A DNA stretch of 64,000 nucleotides from a virus, in IMG/VR virus record IMGVR_UViG_3300016469_000571, positions 1 through 64,000 of that record; one strand, 5' to 3'. The position numbers and the translations under genes are program-made. The notes below the pieces were generated by a model. It made no database searches. It was not told where the DNA came from and saw only the letters and a program-made list of their open reading frames with translations. The number at the start of each line of letters is the position of its first letter. Position 1 is the stretch's first letter. Positions 19,128 through 28,823 of the stretch are shown piece after piece.

Positions 19128-19892
19128 TTAAAATAAATTAAATAAAGTTGGAACCCAAATATCATTGGTTTCAGAATTTGCCATATAATCTTCGGTCATA
19201 AGACAATGACCGTTATCGCCCCATCCTGCACCCCAAGAGTTTCTAATTTTAAACAATCGCTTTCCATTTATATAATTTACGCCGACTACAATCATGGCAT
19301 GTCGCCCGATAGAGGTGCTTGGAAAATTAAATACTTTAAGATCGCCATTGTAATTATTTACAAATTCATTAGATACTGGTGTACCAAAAATTACAGGATG
19401 GTTTGATCTTATAGCTTGTTCTATATTATCTAATCGATTGCTTTTTATTTGATAAAAATCAGATGTTTTGTTATCATTGGCTTCTGCATATGCAAATAAA
19501 TTTGGTTGAGCAAATACTTTATTTTCATCATACTTCCAAGTTTGTTCTCTACATACCCCTAAAGTTGTTAATGAATCTAAAGCATGTGAAATGTAACATC
19601 CATCATCTTTTCCTGTAGATTTTGTATAGACTCTTGCATTGTAATATAAAAACAATCTAGATAATTGAATAACAGAATTTTTATCTTTTATTCCCATTAA
19701 TATCTCTAATGCATCACAACATGAATTTCCGACGCAACTACCTAGAGATCCTTGATTGCTTATTGGAGTGTATTCAGGCATGGAATAATCTCCATATCCA
19801 GAGGAAGCGTATTTAGAAATATTATTTTCTATACTTAAAAAATTCTTATAATCTCCATCAGGAGATGGTTTGTGACATAATTTATAATCCAT
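19128..19892 (-). CDS. Papain-like cysteine peptidase (C1A family)
   Basis: NQGSLGSC (oxyanion Gln and catalytic Cys), RHAM (His), RNSWG...WG (Asn). Confidence 0.92.
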   Translation of the reverse strand: MDYKLCHKPSPDGDYKNFLSIENNISKYASSGYGDYSMPEYTPISNQGSLGSCVGNSCCDALEILMGIKDKNSVIQLSRLFLYYNARVYTKSTGKDDGCYISHALDSLTTLGVCREQTWKYDENKVFAQPNLFAYAEANDNKTSDFYQIKSNRLDNIEQAIRSNHPVIFGTPVSNEFVNNYNGDLKVFNFPSTSIGRHAMIVVGVNYINGKRLFKIRNSWGAGWGDNGHCLMTEDYMANSETNDIWVPTLFNLF

Positions 19893-20901
19893 GCATTAAT
19901 GCAAATTTTTTATATGTATCTTTCCATGTTTTATTTTTTACAATATTATTAACAATACAATAACTAAAATTAAGTTGTTTTACTATTTCAGATTGTTTTT
20001 TATTTTCTTTAAAATATAAATAAAGAATTTTTTCAACATCTATTTCTTTTAATTTTGATTTATTGTTTAATTCCCCAGAATTAAGCTTATAATCTATATG
20101 AGCTGTTGATTTTCTTGGCTTAGAATATAAATTAATAATATCTATTGATTCTTCTTTATATGCTTCGCCTCTTAATATTTTTGATATTATTTGTTTGTTC
20201 GTATTTAAATTGCGTGCAATTTTATTGCAGCTTAAATTATTTATGTGATATTCTTTAAAAATATTTATAATATCATCTTTTAATAATTTTGATTGATAAT
20301 TACATGACCCTGCGTTTTTATTTTTAGGGGTGGGTCTTTTGTAACTAGAATATTTATCTATAAATACTTTTGATTCTTCTTTGTAAGTTTTACCATTTAA
20401 TAATGAATAAATTAAACTAGTTTTAAATCCAAAAGATTTACAAATATCTTTAATAGCAATTTTTTCTTCATAAACCAAATTAAATACTTTTTCTATAATA
20501 TCTATATTTAATTTAGAATTGTATATTTTTGATCCTGAAAGCTTTTTAGTTCCTAAAAAACCATCACCACCATCAGTCTCATTGTATAAAATATAATCTT
20601 TTTTTAAATCACTAATACATTTGATTTCTTCTTGTAACAAATTATTATAATCATTTACAGATTTAATAAAGTCAAAAGAGAAATTATTAATTCCATATTT
20701 TATAATTGCATTTACAATACTTCTTTTTTCAATAACTCTATCTACTTCATATTTGTAATTATATAATCTATGTCTTAAGCTTTTTGCTACTCCAACATAT
20801 TTTTTATTATTTATTGTATTTGTAATAATATATAAACAATTCTTTTTATTTAAATTTTCTTTCCAATTACCAGTAAAGCCTATGGTAAATACTCTTGCCA
20901 T
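19882..20901 (-). CDS. GIY-YIG homing endonuclease with repeated SKL/HTH modules
   Basis: LYIITN...KYVG, LYNETDGGDG, three NSKL-type repeats. Confidence 0.85.
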   Translation of the reverse strand: MARVFTIGFTGNWKENLNKKNCLYIITNTINNKKYVGVAKSLRHRLYNYKYEVDRVIEKRSIVNAIIKYGINNFSFDFIKSVNDYNNLLQEEIKCISDLKKDYILYNETDGGDGFLGTKKLSGSKIYNSKLNIDIIEKVFNLVYEEKIAIKDICKSFGFKTSLIYSLLNGKTYKEESKVFIDKYSSYKRPTPKNKNAGSCNYQSKLLKDDIINIFKEYHINNLSCNKIARNLNTNKQIISKILRGEAYKEESIDIINLYSKPRKSTAHIDYKLNSGELNNKSKLKEIDVEKILYLYFKENKKQSEIVKQLNFSYCIVNNIVKNKTWKDTYKKFALMHGL

Positions 20902-20946
20902 AATAGCATTATATCTTTATTGAAAAGATATTAAATACTTAATAGT

Positions 20947-21252
20947 TTATCTACTTCCAGTACAATCATCCATCATAATTTCACATTCTTTAAGGCTTTT
21001 TGGATTAATATTGGCAAGACATTTTGGATTTAAATGAACTCCAGCCTTTGCTGTTTCTTGACAAAAAAGCTCAAAGCTTTTACCTTTTCTTGTAAAAGAA
21101 TTTGCGTCGTTTATGCAACCTTTTTGTTGTAAATTATCTCCAGCAGCTTTGCAATACTCTACATCTTGCACGACTGGAGTTGGTCTTGGTGGAACTTTAT
21201 GATCACAAGCAATTAAAAATAAAACCATACATATTGACATTATATTTTTCAT
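20947..21252 (-). CDS. Cys-rich lipoprotein
   Basis: Short signal peptide ending in a LIAC lipobox. Confidence 0.65.
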   Translation of the reverse strand: MKNIMSICMVLFLIACDHKVPPRPTPVVQDVEYCKAAGDNLQQKGCINDANSFTRKGKSFELFCQETAKAGVHLNPKCLANINPKSLKECEIMMDDCTGSR

Positions 21253-21294
21253 TATTTATCCTTATTATATTGTTATAACTGATTAGGGAAAATT

Positions 21295-22311
21295 ATGGCT
21301 ACAATAGAAATGAAAGAAAATTTAACTTTTGGTGATGTTTTACTAAAACCTAAATACTCAGAGATTAAATCAAGGTCTCAAATTGATTTATCTGTTAGTA
21401 TTGGTAATTTTAAATTTAGCAATCCAATTATTCCTGCTAATATGAAATCTTTAGTTTCAGAAAAGTTATGTGAAGAAGTTTATAAAAATAAGTCTTTATG
21501 TTTTTTACATAGATTTATGTCTATTGATGATCAATTGAATATATTTAAATCTTTAAAAGATAAATTTGGACAAGATGTATTTAATTACATTGGTTGTAGT
21601 GTTGGTGTAAAAGAAGAAGATAAAGAAAATTCAATTAAATTAATTAATTTAGGTTTGAAGATTTTCTGTATAGATATTGCGCATGGTCATTCTAAAGATT
21701 GTGGTGATATGTGTTTTTATTTAAAAAATCTAAATAAAGATATTTTATTGATTGCGGGAAATGTTGCAACAAGCTTTGGTGCAGAGTATTTATGGTCTGC
21801 TGGTGCAGATATTGTTAAAGTTGGAGTTGGAAGTGGAGCAATCTGCACTACTAGATTAAAAGCTGGAGCTGGTGTTCCGCAATTGGAAGCAATAAAAACA
21901 GTATATGATGTATTGCCAAAAAATAAATATATAATATCAGATGGTGGAATTAGACAAGTTGGAGATTTTGTAAAAGCTTTAGGATTTTCACATATGGTTA
22001 TGTGTGGAAATATGTTTTCTGGATGCGAAGAGAGCCCAGAAGATTTAATTGAAATAGATGGGCGTAAATATAAAAAATATGCAGGATCATCTACTCATAA
22101 AAATTCAAATATTGAAGGTGTTATTTCGCTTGTAAATCCAAAAGGAAAATTTAAAGATTTGGTAGATGAATATTCTCAGGGAATAAAATCTGGATTATCA
22201 TACACAGGAGCATGTAATTTATCTGAATTTAAAAAGCTAGCAACATTTGTAAGAATTACAAATTCTAGCGTGGAAGAATCTCATGCTCATGATGTAAAAG
22301 TAATAGGGTAA
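21295..22311 (+). CDS. IMP dehydrogenase / GMP reductase family protein (no CBS domains)
   Basis: LTFGDVLL, DIAHGHS, AGNV, KVGVGSGAICTTR, ISDGGI; the two activities cannot be distinguished by eye. Confidence 0.9.
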   Translation: MATIEMKENLTFGDVLLKPKYSEIKSRSQIDLSVSIGNFKFSNPIIPANMKSLVSEKLCEEVYKNKSLCFLHRFMSIDDQLNIFKSLKDKFGQDVFNYIGCSVGVKEEDKENSIKLINLGLKIFCIDIAHGHSKDCGDMCFYLKNLNKDILLIAGNVATSFGAEYLWSAGADIVKVGVGSGAICTTRLKAGAGVPQLEAIKTVYDVLPKNKYIISDGGIRQVGDFVKALGFSHMVMCGNMFSGCEESPEDLIEIDGRKYKKYAGSSTHKNSNIEGVISLVNPKGKFKDLVDEYSQGIKSGLSYTGACNLSEFKKLATFVRITNSSVEESHAHDVKVIG

Positions 22312-22312
22312 T

Positions 22313-22483
22313 ATGGAAAAATGGATTTCTTTGTTTTTATCTATATTTAGTTTTAGTTGTATGTGTGTTTTAACAGTTAACTTTTTTCTAATGGGTCTGT
22401 ATGCATTAGGAGGGGTAATAGGATTGATTACTGCTGGGCTTTCTATATTCATATGGCATGATTATAGAAGGCTAAATCCATGA
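22313..22483 (+). CDS. Small two-TM membrane protein (56 aa; not in the ORF track)
   Basis: MEKWISLFLSIFSF...IFIWHDYRRLNP; ATGA overlap with 22480. Confidence 0.6.
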   Translation: MEKWISLFLSIFSFSCMCVLTVNFFLMGLYALGGVIGLITAGLSIFIWHDYRRLNP

Positions 22484-22677
22484 CAAAAAAAATCTTTTTC
22501 TACATTTTAAAAGTTATTGTCATGGCGCTTATCGTGGTTAGAATGTTAATCACAACTCAGCCAATCTTGGCAGTTGCATTTATTATGATTTTAATAAGCG
22601 CAATTCTAAACTTAGAAAAAGAGATTAAATATGTTAGATTTAAAAAAAGATTTAAATTATACTCTAAGCGATTATGA
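22480..22677 (+). CDS. Small two-TM membrane protein
   Basis: Two hydrophobic stretches and a basic tail. Confidence 0.6.
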   Translation: MTKKIFFYILKVIVMALIVVRMLITTQPILAVAFIMILISAILNLEKEIKYVRFKKRFKLYSKRL

Positions 22678-23497
22678 CAATGTTCTAAAAAGAATCCTTG
22701 AAGAAGGAGAAACTATTCCAAATAGAACTGGCGTTGATTGCAAGGTTCTATTTGGAGTTCAGTGTCATTATAATATTTCAGATGTTTTTCCATTACCAAC
22801 AAAAAGAAAATATTACTATAAATCTATATTGGCAGAGTTATTATGGATGCTATCTGGATCAACTAATGTAAATGATTTAGAAAAAATGAATTCCAAAATT
22901 TGGACTGCTTGGAGAAATAAAGATTTTGAATCAAAAAATAATTATAAAGACGGAGAGTTTGGTCCTATTTATGGATATCAATTTAGATCTTTTGGTGGAA
23001 ATTATCCAGAAAAAGATGGTTTTGATCAATTAAAATTTGTAATAAATGAATTAAAAAATAATAAATTCTCAAGAAGAGCATTAATTAATTTGTGGGATTC
23101 TTCAAAAATGTCAACAGATAAAGTAATATTACCATGTTGTCATTTTTCAAGTCATTTTATGATTAATTCAAAAGATCAATTAATTTGTGTCTTACATCAA
23201 AGAAGTGGTGATTGGATTCCAGGTATTCCTGCAAATATTATATTTTACTCAGCACTAACATATATGCTAGCTAATGAACTAAATATTCAACCAGGAAAAT
23301 TAATTCATAATGTAGATAATGCTCATGTATATGTAAATCAAATTGATGCAGCAAATGAATATTTAAATCGAGAAGTAAAATACAGTTGTCCAAAATTAAT
23401 TCTAAATAAAAAAGATATTGACACATATACAGTTGATGATTTTATTATTGAAGGGTACAATCATGATCCTTTTATTAAAGTACCTGTTATGGTGTAA
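22631..23497 (+). CDS. thyA: Thymidylate synthase
   Basis: NRTG, ELLW, GPIYGYQ, SRR, LPCCH, QRSGD, HVYVNQ. Confidence 0.95.
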   Translation: MLDLKKDLNYTLSDYDNVLKRILEEGETIPNRTGVDCKVLFGVQCHYNISDVFPLPTKRKYYYKSILAELLWMLSGSTNVNDLEKMNSKIWTAWRNKDFESKNNYKDGEFGPIYGYQFRSFGGNYPEKDGFDQLKFVINELKNNKFSRRALINLWDSSKMSTDKVILPCCHFSSHFMINSKDQLICVLHQRSGDWIPGIPANIIFYSALTYMLANELNIQPGKLIHNVDNAHVYVNQIDAANEYLNREVKYSCPKLILNKKDIDTYTVDDFIIEGYNHDPFIKVPVMV

Positions 23498-23499
23498 AT

Positions 23500-23781
23500 A
23501 TGTTAAATATTATCGGGTATAAATTTGATGACAATCATTCAATTACTATTGACTTATTTAAAGATGAGCTTTATATAAAAGGAGATATATATAAAGTTGC
23601 TCAATATCTTTTGCAAGATTATATAAATAGTGAAATTTTCTTTAAAAGTTATTATTTTTTTTCCATCTCCAAAAATGGTAAAAACAAGATTAAAATTAAT
23701 TTAGGGAAAAATCAAAACAAACAAGCAAAACAGCTTTGTTTTATTTTAAAAAAATATGCAAAAAATATTTTATTTTTATAA
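23500..23781 (+). CDS. Hypothetical protein (C-terminal KNILFL)
   Basis: 93-aa ORF in operon. Confidence 0.55.
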   Translation: MLNIIGYKFDDNHSITIDLFKDELYIKGDIYKVAQYLLQDYINSEIFFKSYYFFSISKNGKNKIKINLGKNQNKQAKQLCFILKKYAKNILFL

Positions 23782-23792
23782 TAGAGGTAAAC

Positions 23793-24395
23793 ATGTCAGA
23801 AACAAAAAATTCATATTTTATGTTCGATTCTAATTTTAAAAATATGTTAAAAACAAAATTGGATCTTCTAAAAGAAGCAGAAGAGATTATAGATAATGAA
23901 GAAGAGATTTTAAATATGTTAAAAACACCAGAAGAGCTTCTTAAAGCTTTAGATAAAAATAATGGTTGTTTTAAAAGAACACAAGAGATATGTGAGGTTG
24001 ATGAAAAATTACCACCTGTTATAAAAACAACCAGCCTTCCAAAAAATAACACAACTAAATCTTTTATTCCTGAAGATATTGCACTAATTGGTGATTTAGT
24101 AAATGAAATTCAAGAATATGTCAATTTTACGAATGATCCACAGTTAAAATTTAAACTAACTATAAATTTATTTCCTAAAGATTATATTGAATCAAATAAA
24201 TTTACACTTGATTTAAATAATCAAAGTTTGAGTGTTGAAAAAACAATGCTAGAAACACTAGATTTATTTAGAACATTTGCTAAAAAAAGCAAAGAACAAA
24301 TAAGTGAATATAAAAAAATTAAAGATTTAGATAATACAGATGTCTTTATTGATGGTGTAAAATATAAAATAAAACTAGTTAAAGAAAATGATTAA
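23793..24395 (+). CDS. Hypothetical protein
   Basis: GAGG Shine-Dalgarno before ATG 23793. Confidence 0.6.
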   Translation: MSETKNSYFMFDSNFKNMLKTKLDLLKEAEEIIDNEEEILNMLKTPEELLKALDKNNGCFKRTQEICEVDEKLPPVIKTTSLPKNNTTKSFIPEDIALIGDLVNEIQEYVNFTNDPQLKFKLTINLFPKDYIESNKFTLDLNNQSLSVEKTMLETLDLFRTFAKKSKEQISEYKKIKDLDNTDVFIDGVKYKIKLVKEND

Positions 24396-24861
24396 TATAA
24401 TTGCAGCAGCATCTAGGAATGGAGTAATAGGTGTTAATAACCAATTACCATTTTATTACAAGTCTGATTTAAAACACTTTAAAGAAAAAACAATTAACAA
24501 GCCAGTAATTATGGGTAAAAACACTTACTATAGTATTGGAAAGCCATTACCAAATAGGACCAATATTGTAGTAACAAAAGAATCTATAGAAGATGTTAAT
24601 TGTTTTGATAATCTACTAAAAGCAATTGATTTTGCTAAAACAATAAATGAAGAAATATGGATTATTGGAGGTGCAAAGATATATGAGTCTTCTATGTTAT
24701 TTGTAGATAACATTATACTTACAATTACTCCAGACTTTATAGAAAATAAAAATTCAATTTATTTTCCCTTTATAAATCCATTACATTTTAAAATAAAATC
24801 AATAGATCATAGTAAATTAAAAGCTGATAATTTATGTATAGTAGAGTATCAGCGTTATTGA
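24388..24861 (+). CDS. folA: Dihydrofolate reductase
   Basis: IIAA..NGVIG...LP, DLKHFK, IMGKNT, PLPNR, IIGGAKIY. Confidence 0.95.
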   Translation: MINIIAAASRNGVIGVNNQLPFYYKSDLKHFKEKTINKPVIMGKNTYYSIGKPLPNRTNIVVTKESIEDVNCFDNLLKAIDFAKTINEEIWIIGGAKIYESSMLFVDNIILTITPDFIENKNSIYFPFINPLHFKIKSIDHSKLKADNLCIVEYQRY

Positions 24862-25364
24862 TTGTATTTTTTAAAACTAAACAAACTTGCTGGGTTTATA
24901 ATTTTGTTATCTTTCCAAACTTGGAAGTGTAAATGTGGTGAAGTAATATTAGCATTACCAGTATTTCCAACTGTACCAATTTTTGTTGTATTATTTACAA
25001 CATCTCCAACATTAACAGATGTAGAATCTAAATGAGCATAAAAGCTCCTGTAGCCATCTTTATGTTGTATATAAACGACCAGACCGCCTTTACCTTCATT
25101 AGCAACTCTTGTTACTTTTCCAGGTGCAGTTGGAAATATAGGCGTGCCTTTTGGTGCAGCTATATCTATTCCTTGATGACCTGTTGGGTGTCTTGGGTTT
25201 GTTACTCCGAAATCTCCTATATTTTTATAATCTGACTTTATAGGATTTTGAAAAGAAAATACCTCATCACTTTGAGCCTCCTTTGATTTTTCATTGCTCA
25301 AATTTGATGAGGTATTTGAATTTAGTATTTTTTTAACTTGCTTTACAATTTCTTCAATATCCAT
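24855..25364 (-). CDS. M23 family metallopeptidase
   Basis: HQGID, YAHL, PHLHF. Confidence 0.92.
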   Translation of the reverse strand: MDIEEIVKQVKKILNSNTSSNLSNEKSKEAQSDEVFSFQNPIKSDYKNIGDFGVTNPRHPTGHQGIDIAAPKGTPIFPTAPGKVTRVANEGKGGLVVYIQHKDGYRSFYAHLDSTSVNVGDVVNNTTKIGTVGNTGNANITSPHLHFQVWKDNKIINPASLFSFKKYNQ

Positions 25365-25371
25365 ATAGTTA

Positions 25372-25827
25372 TTAGTTTTTATAAACTAAAACATTTAGCC
25401 CTTTATCTAAAAATATTTTTAGATTGTCTTTTAGAGCAGGAGTCATATCAATAGCTGATTGTGATACATGAATTGATGCTCCCTCATATTTTGCCTGATC
25501 TGCAATTTTCTTTAATGCAATAACAAGAGATTTATCATCCAAAGAGCTGTCTTTTAGACATAGAAAATTAATAACCCATACGGTACTTTGAACACAAGTA
25601 GTATGTGTATTTCCTAGCTTATACTTAGATGGATCAGTAGCCCAAAGCTTTATATCATTTTGAACTTGATTCCATCTTTTACTAATTACAGGCAAAAGCC
25701 CTTTATTTTCTTTTAAGAAAGAAAGATTCATATCACAAGGATTAAGAATAAAAGATAATCCTGAATTTTCTGGCTCTAATATATTAACTCTATTTTCTTT
25801 TAATTTACCTTTTCCTGCTACAAGCAT
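25372..25827 (-). CDS. Degenerate macro-domain-like protein
   Basis: ISKRW, YKLG, VWVIN, L.K.A..A...GASIH pattern resembles Poa1p/DarG-type macrodomains. Confidence 0.4.
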   Translation of the reverse strand: MLVAGKGKLKENRVNILEPENSGLSFILNPCDMNLSFLKENKGLLPVISKRWNQVQNDIKLWATDPSKYKLGNTHTTCVQSTVWVINFLCLKDSSLDDKSLVIALKKIADQAKYEGASIHVSQSAIDMTPALKDNLKIFLDKGLNVLVYKN

Positions 25828-26651
25828 TATATCTCCTCAATAAAATCGCTTAACTGTTTTAAGTTTATATCAAACCTTATTTTTTTTTTACTAAAATTAT
25901 TCTCTGATTTAAAAAGTTCTGCAAATCTATTTTTTTCCATATGAGAAAATAAGTATGAATATTCATTTTGAAATGAATCATAAACATATAAATATCTATT
26001 GTTGTAATATGCATCCATAACAAAAGTATATAAAAACTCACATACAAAATAAGTAGATGAATTAATTGAATTAAAATATTCAATTGTATCTATTTGATTA
26101 TAATTAAAATGATTTGCTCTATGAAGTAGCTTTTTATTATTACAAGAAACATGAACTAAATTAGTTTCGTTTTGATTTTCTGCAACAAATGTAAAAGGTC
26201 TACATTCTGTAAAACTTGCTAATGGATTAGCTTTTAAATCTATTCCGTCTATTACTGGTAATAAGTTTAAATCTGCATTTTTATATAAATTCAAATGCAA
26301 TGGATTTGCCCTAATAACATCAAAATTAAATTTTTTTAATCTAAGTATTAGATTTTCAATAGAATAATTAATACATGGTATTTTTAAATTAAACCCTATA
26401 TATGGTATTATATATTCACAATCTGAAATAATTAGATCTGGATTATATTTTTTAATATAATCATTTAAAAACTCAATTCTTGGATCTGAAACAGAAATAT
26501 AATTTTTAAAAAAAGCTATATTTAAATCAGAGTCAAAATAATTTGAAGTACCAACAGATAATACTTTTACATCATGTTTTGTAATTTTTAAAAACCTAGA
26601 TAATTGTATATGCGAATCTATATTATTCCCTATTGCGTATATTATTTTCAT
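25827..26651 (-). CDS. GT-B glycosyltransferase-like protein (divergent)
   Basis: MKIIYA start and PDLIISDCE motif. Confidence 0.5.
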   Translation of the reverse strand: MKIIYAIGNNIDSHIQLSRFLKITKHDVKVLSVGTSNYFDSDLNIAFFKNYISVSDPRIEFLNDYIKKYNPDLIISDCEYIIPYIGFNLKIPCINYSIENLILRLKKFNFDVIRANPLHLNLYKNADLNLLPVIDGIDLKANPLASFTECRPFTFVAENQNETNLVHVSCNNKKLLHRANHFNYNQIDTIEYFNSINSSTYFVCEFLYTFVMDAYYNNRYLYVYDSFQNEYSYLFSHMEKNRFAELFKSENNFSKKKIRFDINLKQLSDFIEEI

Positions 26652-27219
26652 AATTTGAAATTTGTTTTTCTATAAGTTTAGCTGTTGCTTTTGTATCTGC
26701 TTCTGCTGTGTGAGCTTTTTCATTTTTAATTCCATACTTTTTAGTTAAGGCAGATAACGAGTAACTATCTTGTAAAGAATTGCTTACATAATCAAGAAAG
26801 AACTCTAACTGAAAAGTATCTAACGATCTCCTTCCAAATGGAAATGAATCAAGCGAGTCTAATTTCTTCCATAAGAATTTAAGCATATTTTTATCAAAGT
26901 CAACATTGTGCCCACAGATAATTCTTTCTTCTGAAGAAAGATTATCTTCCATAAGCCAATTTTCAATATCTACAATTACTTTTTTTGGATCTAAATAAGT
27001 GTTTGCACCATGTTTAGTTTGGTGTGTAATATCTTCATATTTATGACCGTTTATTCTTAATGCACCCATATCTATTAAATTTTCATTTAAAGCTTTTAAC
27101 TTCCATGTTTTTTGCTCTTTTGTAGAAAATCTAATAATAGATATTTCAATAGGAGAATTATCAACATAGTCAAGTCCTGTAGTTTCTGTGTCACAAATAT
27201 ACAATTCGTATTTTTTCAT
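26623..27219 (-). CDS. DEDDh 3'-5' exonuclease (second paralog)
   Basis: CDTETTGL, CGHNVDFD, AHTAEAD. Confidence 0.9.
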   Translation of the reverse strand: MKKYELYICDTETTGLDYVDNSPIEISIIRFSTKEQKTWKLKALNENLIDMGALRINGHKYEDITHQTKHGANTYLDPKKVIVDIENWLMEDNLSSEERIICGHNVDFDKNMLKFLWKKLDSLDSFPFGRRSLDTFQLEFFLDYVSNSLQDSYSLSALTKKYGIKNEKAHTAEADTKATAKLIEKQISNYENNIRNRE

Positions 27220-27551
27220 TACTTTCCTTTTGAATTAATAAAATTACTAATAGAGTTTTTTATAAAATTTAAATCTTTGTTTTCTTTATATTTTTTTAAA
27301 CAAAATAAAATACCTTCGGCAGATCTTAAAAAACTAATCTCTTCTTTATTTAATAATTCCGCAGATATTTCAATTGTTTTTTTTGTATTTTCAAAAAACC
27401 TCCAAGACTCTTCGTTTGTTTTTTTTGAAAAATATCTTTGAACCCTTACTAAGGGCATCTTTTTATTATCTTCTTCATTATATAAATCATAGTCATATTT
27501 ACTTGAAATATATTTACCTGTTGTTTCAGTTTCTTTAAATTCATTTGACAT
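27219..27551 (-). CDS. Hypothetical protein
   Basis: 110-aa ORF in operon. Confidence 0.6.
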   Translation of the reverse strand: MSNEFKETETTGKYISSKYDYDLYNEEDNKKMPLVRVQRYFSKKTNEESWRFFENTKKTIEISAELLNKEEISFLRSAEGILFCLKKYKENKDLNFIKNSISNFINSKGK

Positions 27552-28757
27552 TTATTCCCCAATTTTATTTGCAAAACAAATACCAGTTAAAGCCGAATAT
27601 AATAAGCCTTGATTACCGGAACTTTCTCCAGCTACATATAACCCATCTACTTCTGTTTCTAAATTCTTTTTAATTTTAATCTTAGGATATTTAACATTTA
27701 ATGTTGGATAATATATATAAGCTTTTTCAGTAAACTCTGGTATTATACTATTTAAGTCAGAAAATACATTATTTAACCAATCATATTCTTTTAATGGGGA
27801 AATTTTTGCTTTATTTTCTGTAAATAAATGTATTTTTTCTTTTAATACTCTATCGTTTGCTAATAAAAATGAAAGCTTTGATATTCTTTCGGATTCTTTT
27901 GTACCAGAATCACATTCTTTATTTATAATAATATCAAAACTTACTTTCTCTGACTTCCATCTATTTTCATTTGATCTATATGCTGATAAAGCAAGATCCA
28001 TATGATCTTCTTGAATTGTTGTTCCATTCCATGATAATCTTCCAATATCAATATTATCTTTATGCAATGTACAAACAGATTTATTAAAATCTTTTAAAGA
28101 TGATTCTCCTAATTCTGCTCTTACTCCAAAAGAACAAATTTTATCTTCTTGCTCAATTCCAAAAAAATCAAATATTTGTTTTGAAAATCTCCAACCAGAT
28201 CTACCTAAACTTAATAATATTTTTTTACAATAAATTTTATTGTAATTAGTTTGTATTACAAATCCTCCTTGATCTTTTTCTATTGAAAATATTTCTTCAT
28301 CAAAATAATAATGAAGATTGTTGTGATCTTCAATAAATTTATTCATATATTTAGATAAAACATGAACTTCTTTTGGAAAAATTTGAAAATAATTGTGATA
28401 ATCTATTGTATAATTATTGCTTTTTATTTTTGTTAAAACTTCTTTTGTTGGTTTTTTCGTTTTAGTTTCTGTAAACTCAAATAAACTAGAAAATAATTCT
28501 TTTATATAATTAAAAGATTTTTCAACCTCTTCTTTTGTACATAGTTTATTTGCTTTTTCAATATCTGATAAATAAAACTTTCCATCACTTGTTGGAAGAC
28601 AACCTAACCAACCCTCCATTTGCCTTCTTCTTTTTAAAGGAGGTCTTCCGATATCTACAACCGCCACTCTCAAATTTTTATTATCAAAACATGTTTTATA
28701 TGTAGCTAAACCTCCAGCTACACCAGCACCTAAAATACCAATATCATATAATTGCAT
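27552..28757 (-). CDS. FAD-dependent oxidoreductase
   Basis: DIGILGAGVAG Rossmann motif, SDGK, GRSG, ETEVDGLYVAGE. Confidence 0.8.
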   Translation of the reverse strand: MQLYDIGILGAGVAGGLATYKTCFDNKNLRVAVVDIGRPPLKRRRQMEGWLGCLPTSDGKFYLSDIEKANKLCTKEEVEKSFNYIKELFSSLFEFTETKTKKPTKEVLTKIKSNNYTIDYHNYFQIFPKEVHVLSKYMNKFIEDHNNLHYYFDEEIFSIEKDQGGFVIQTNYNKIYCKKILLSLGRSGWRFSKQIFDFFGIEQEDKICSFGVRAELGESSLKDFNKSVCTLHKDNIDIGRLSWNGTTIQEDHMDLALSAYRSNENRWKSEKVSFDIIINKECDSGTKESERISKLSFLLANDRVLKEKIHLFTENKAKISPLKEYDWLNNVFSDLNSIIPEFTEKAYIYYPTLNVKYPKIKIKKNLETEVDGLYVAGESSGNQGLLYSALTGICFANKIGE

Positions 28758-28823
28758 ATATTCCTTTTTTATTATAAAATCACTTATATCGTTTGTTTCA
28801 AACTAAAATCAAAGAATTTATTT

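Noticed and set aside
12746-20901. Group I introns hosting the GIY-YIG genes
   Set aside because: Flanking genes look complete and most intergenic gaps are only 0-50 bp, too short for ribozyme cores.
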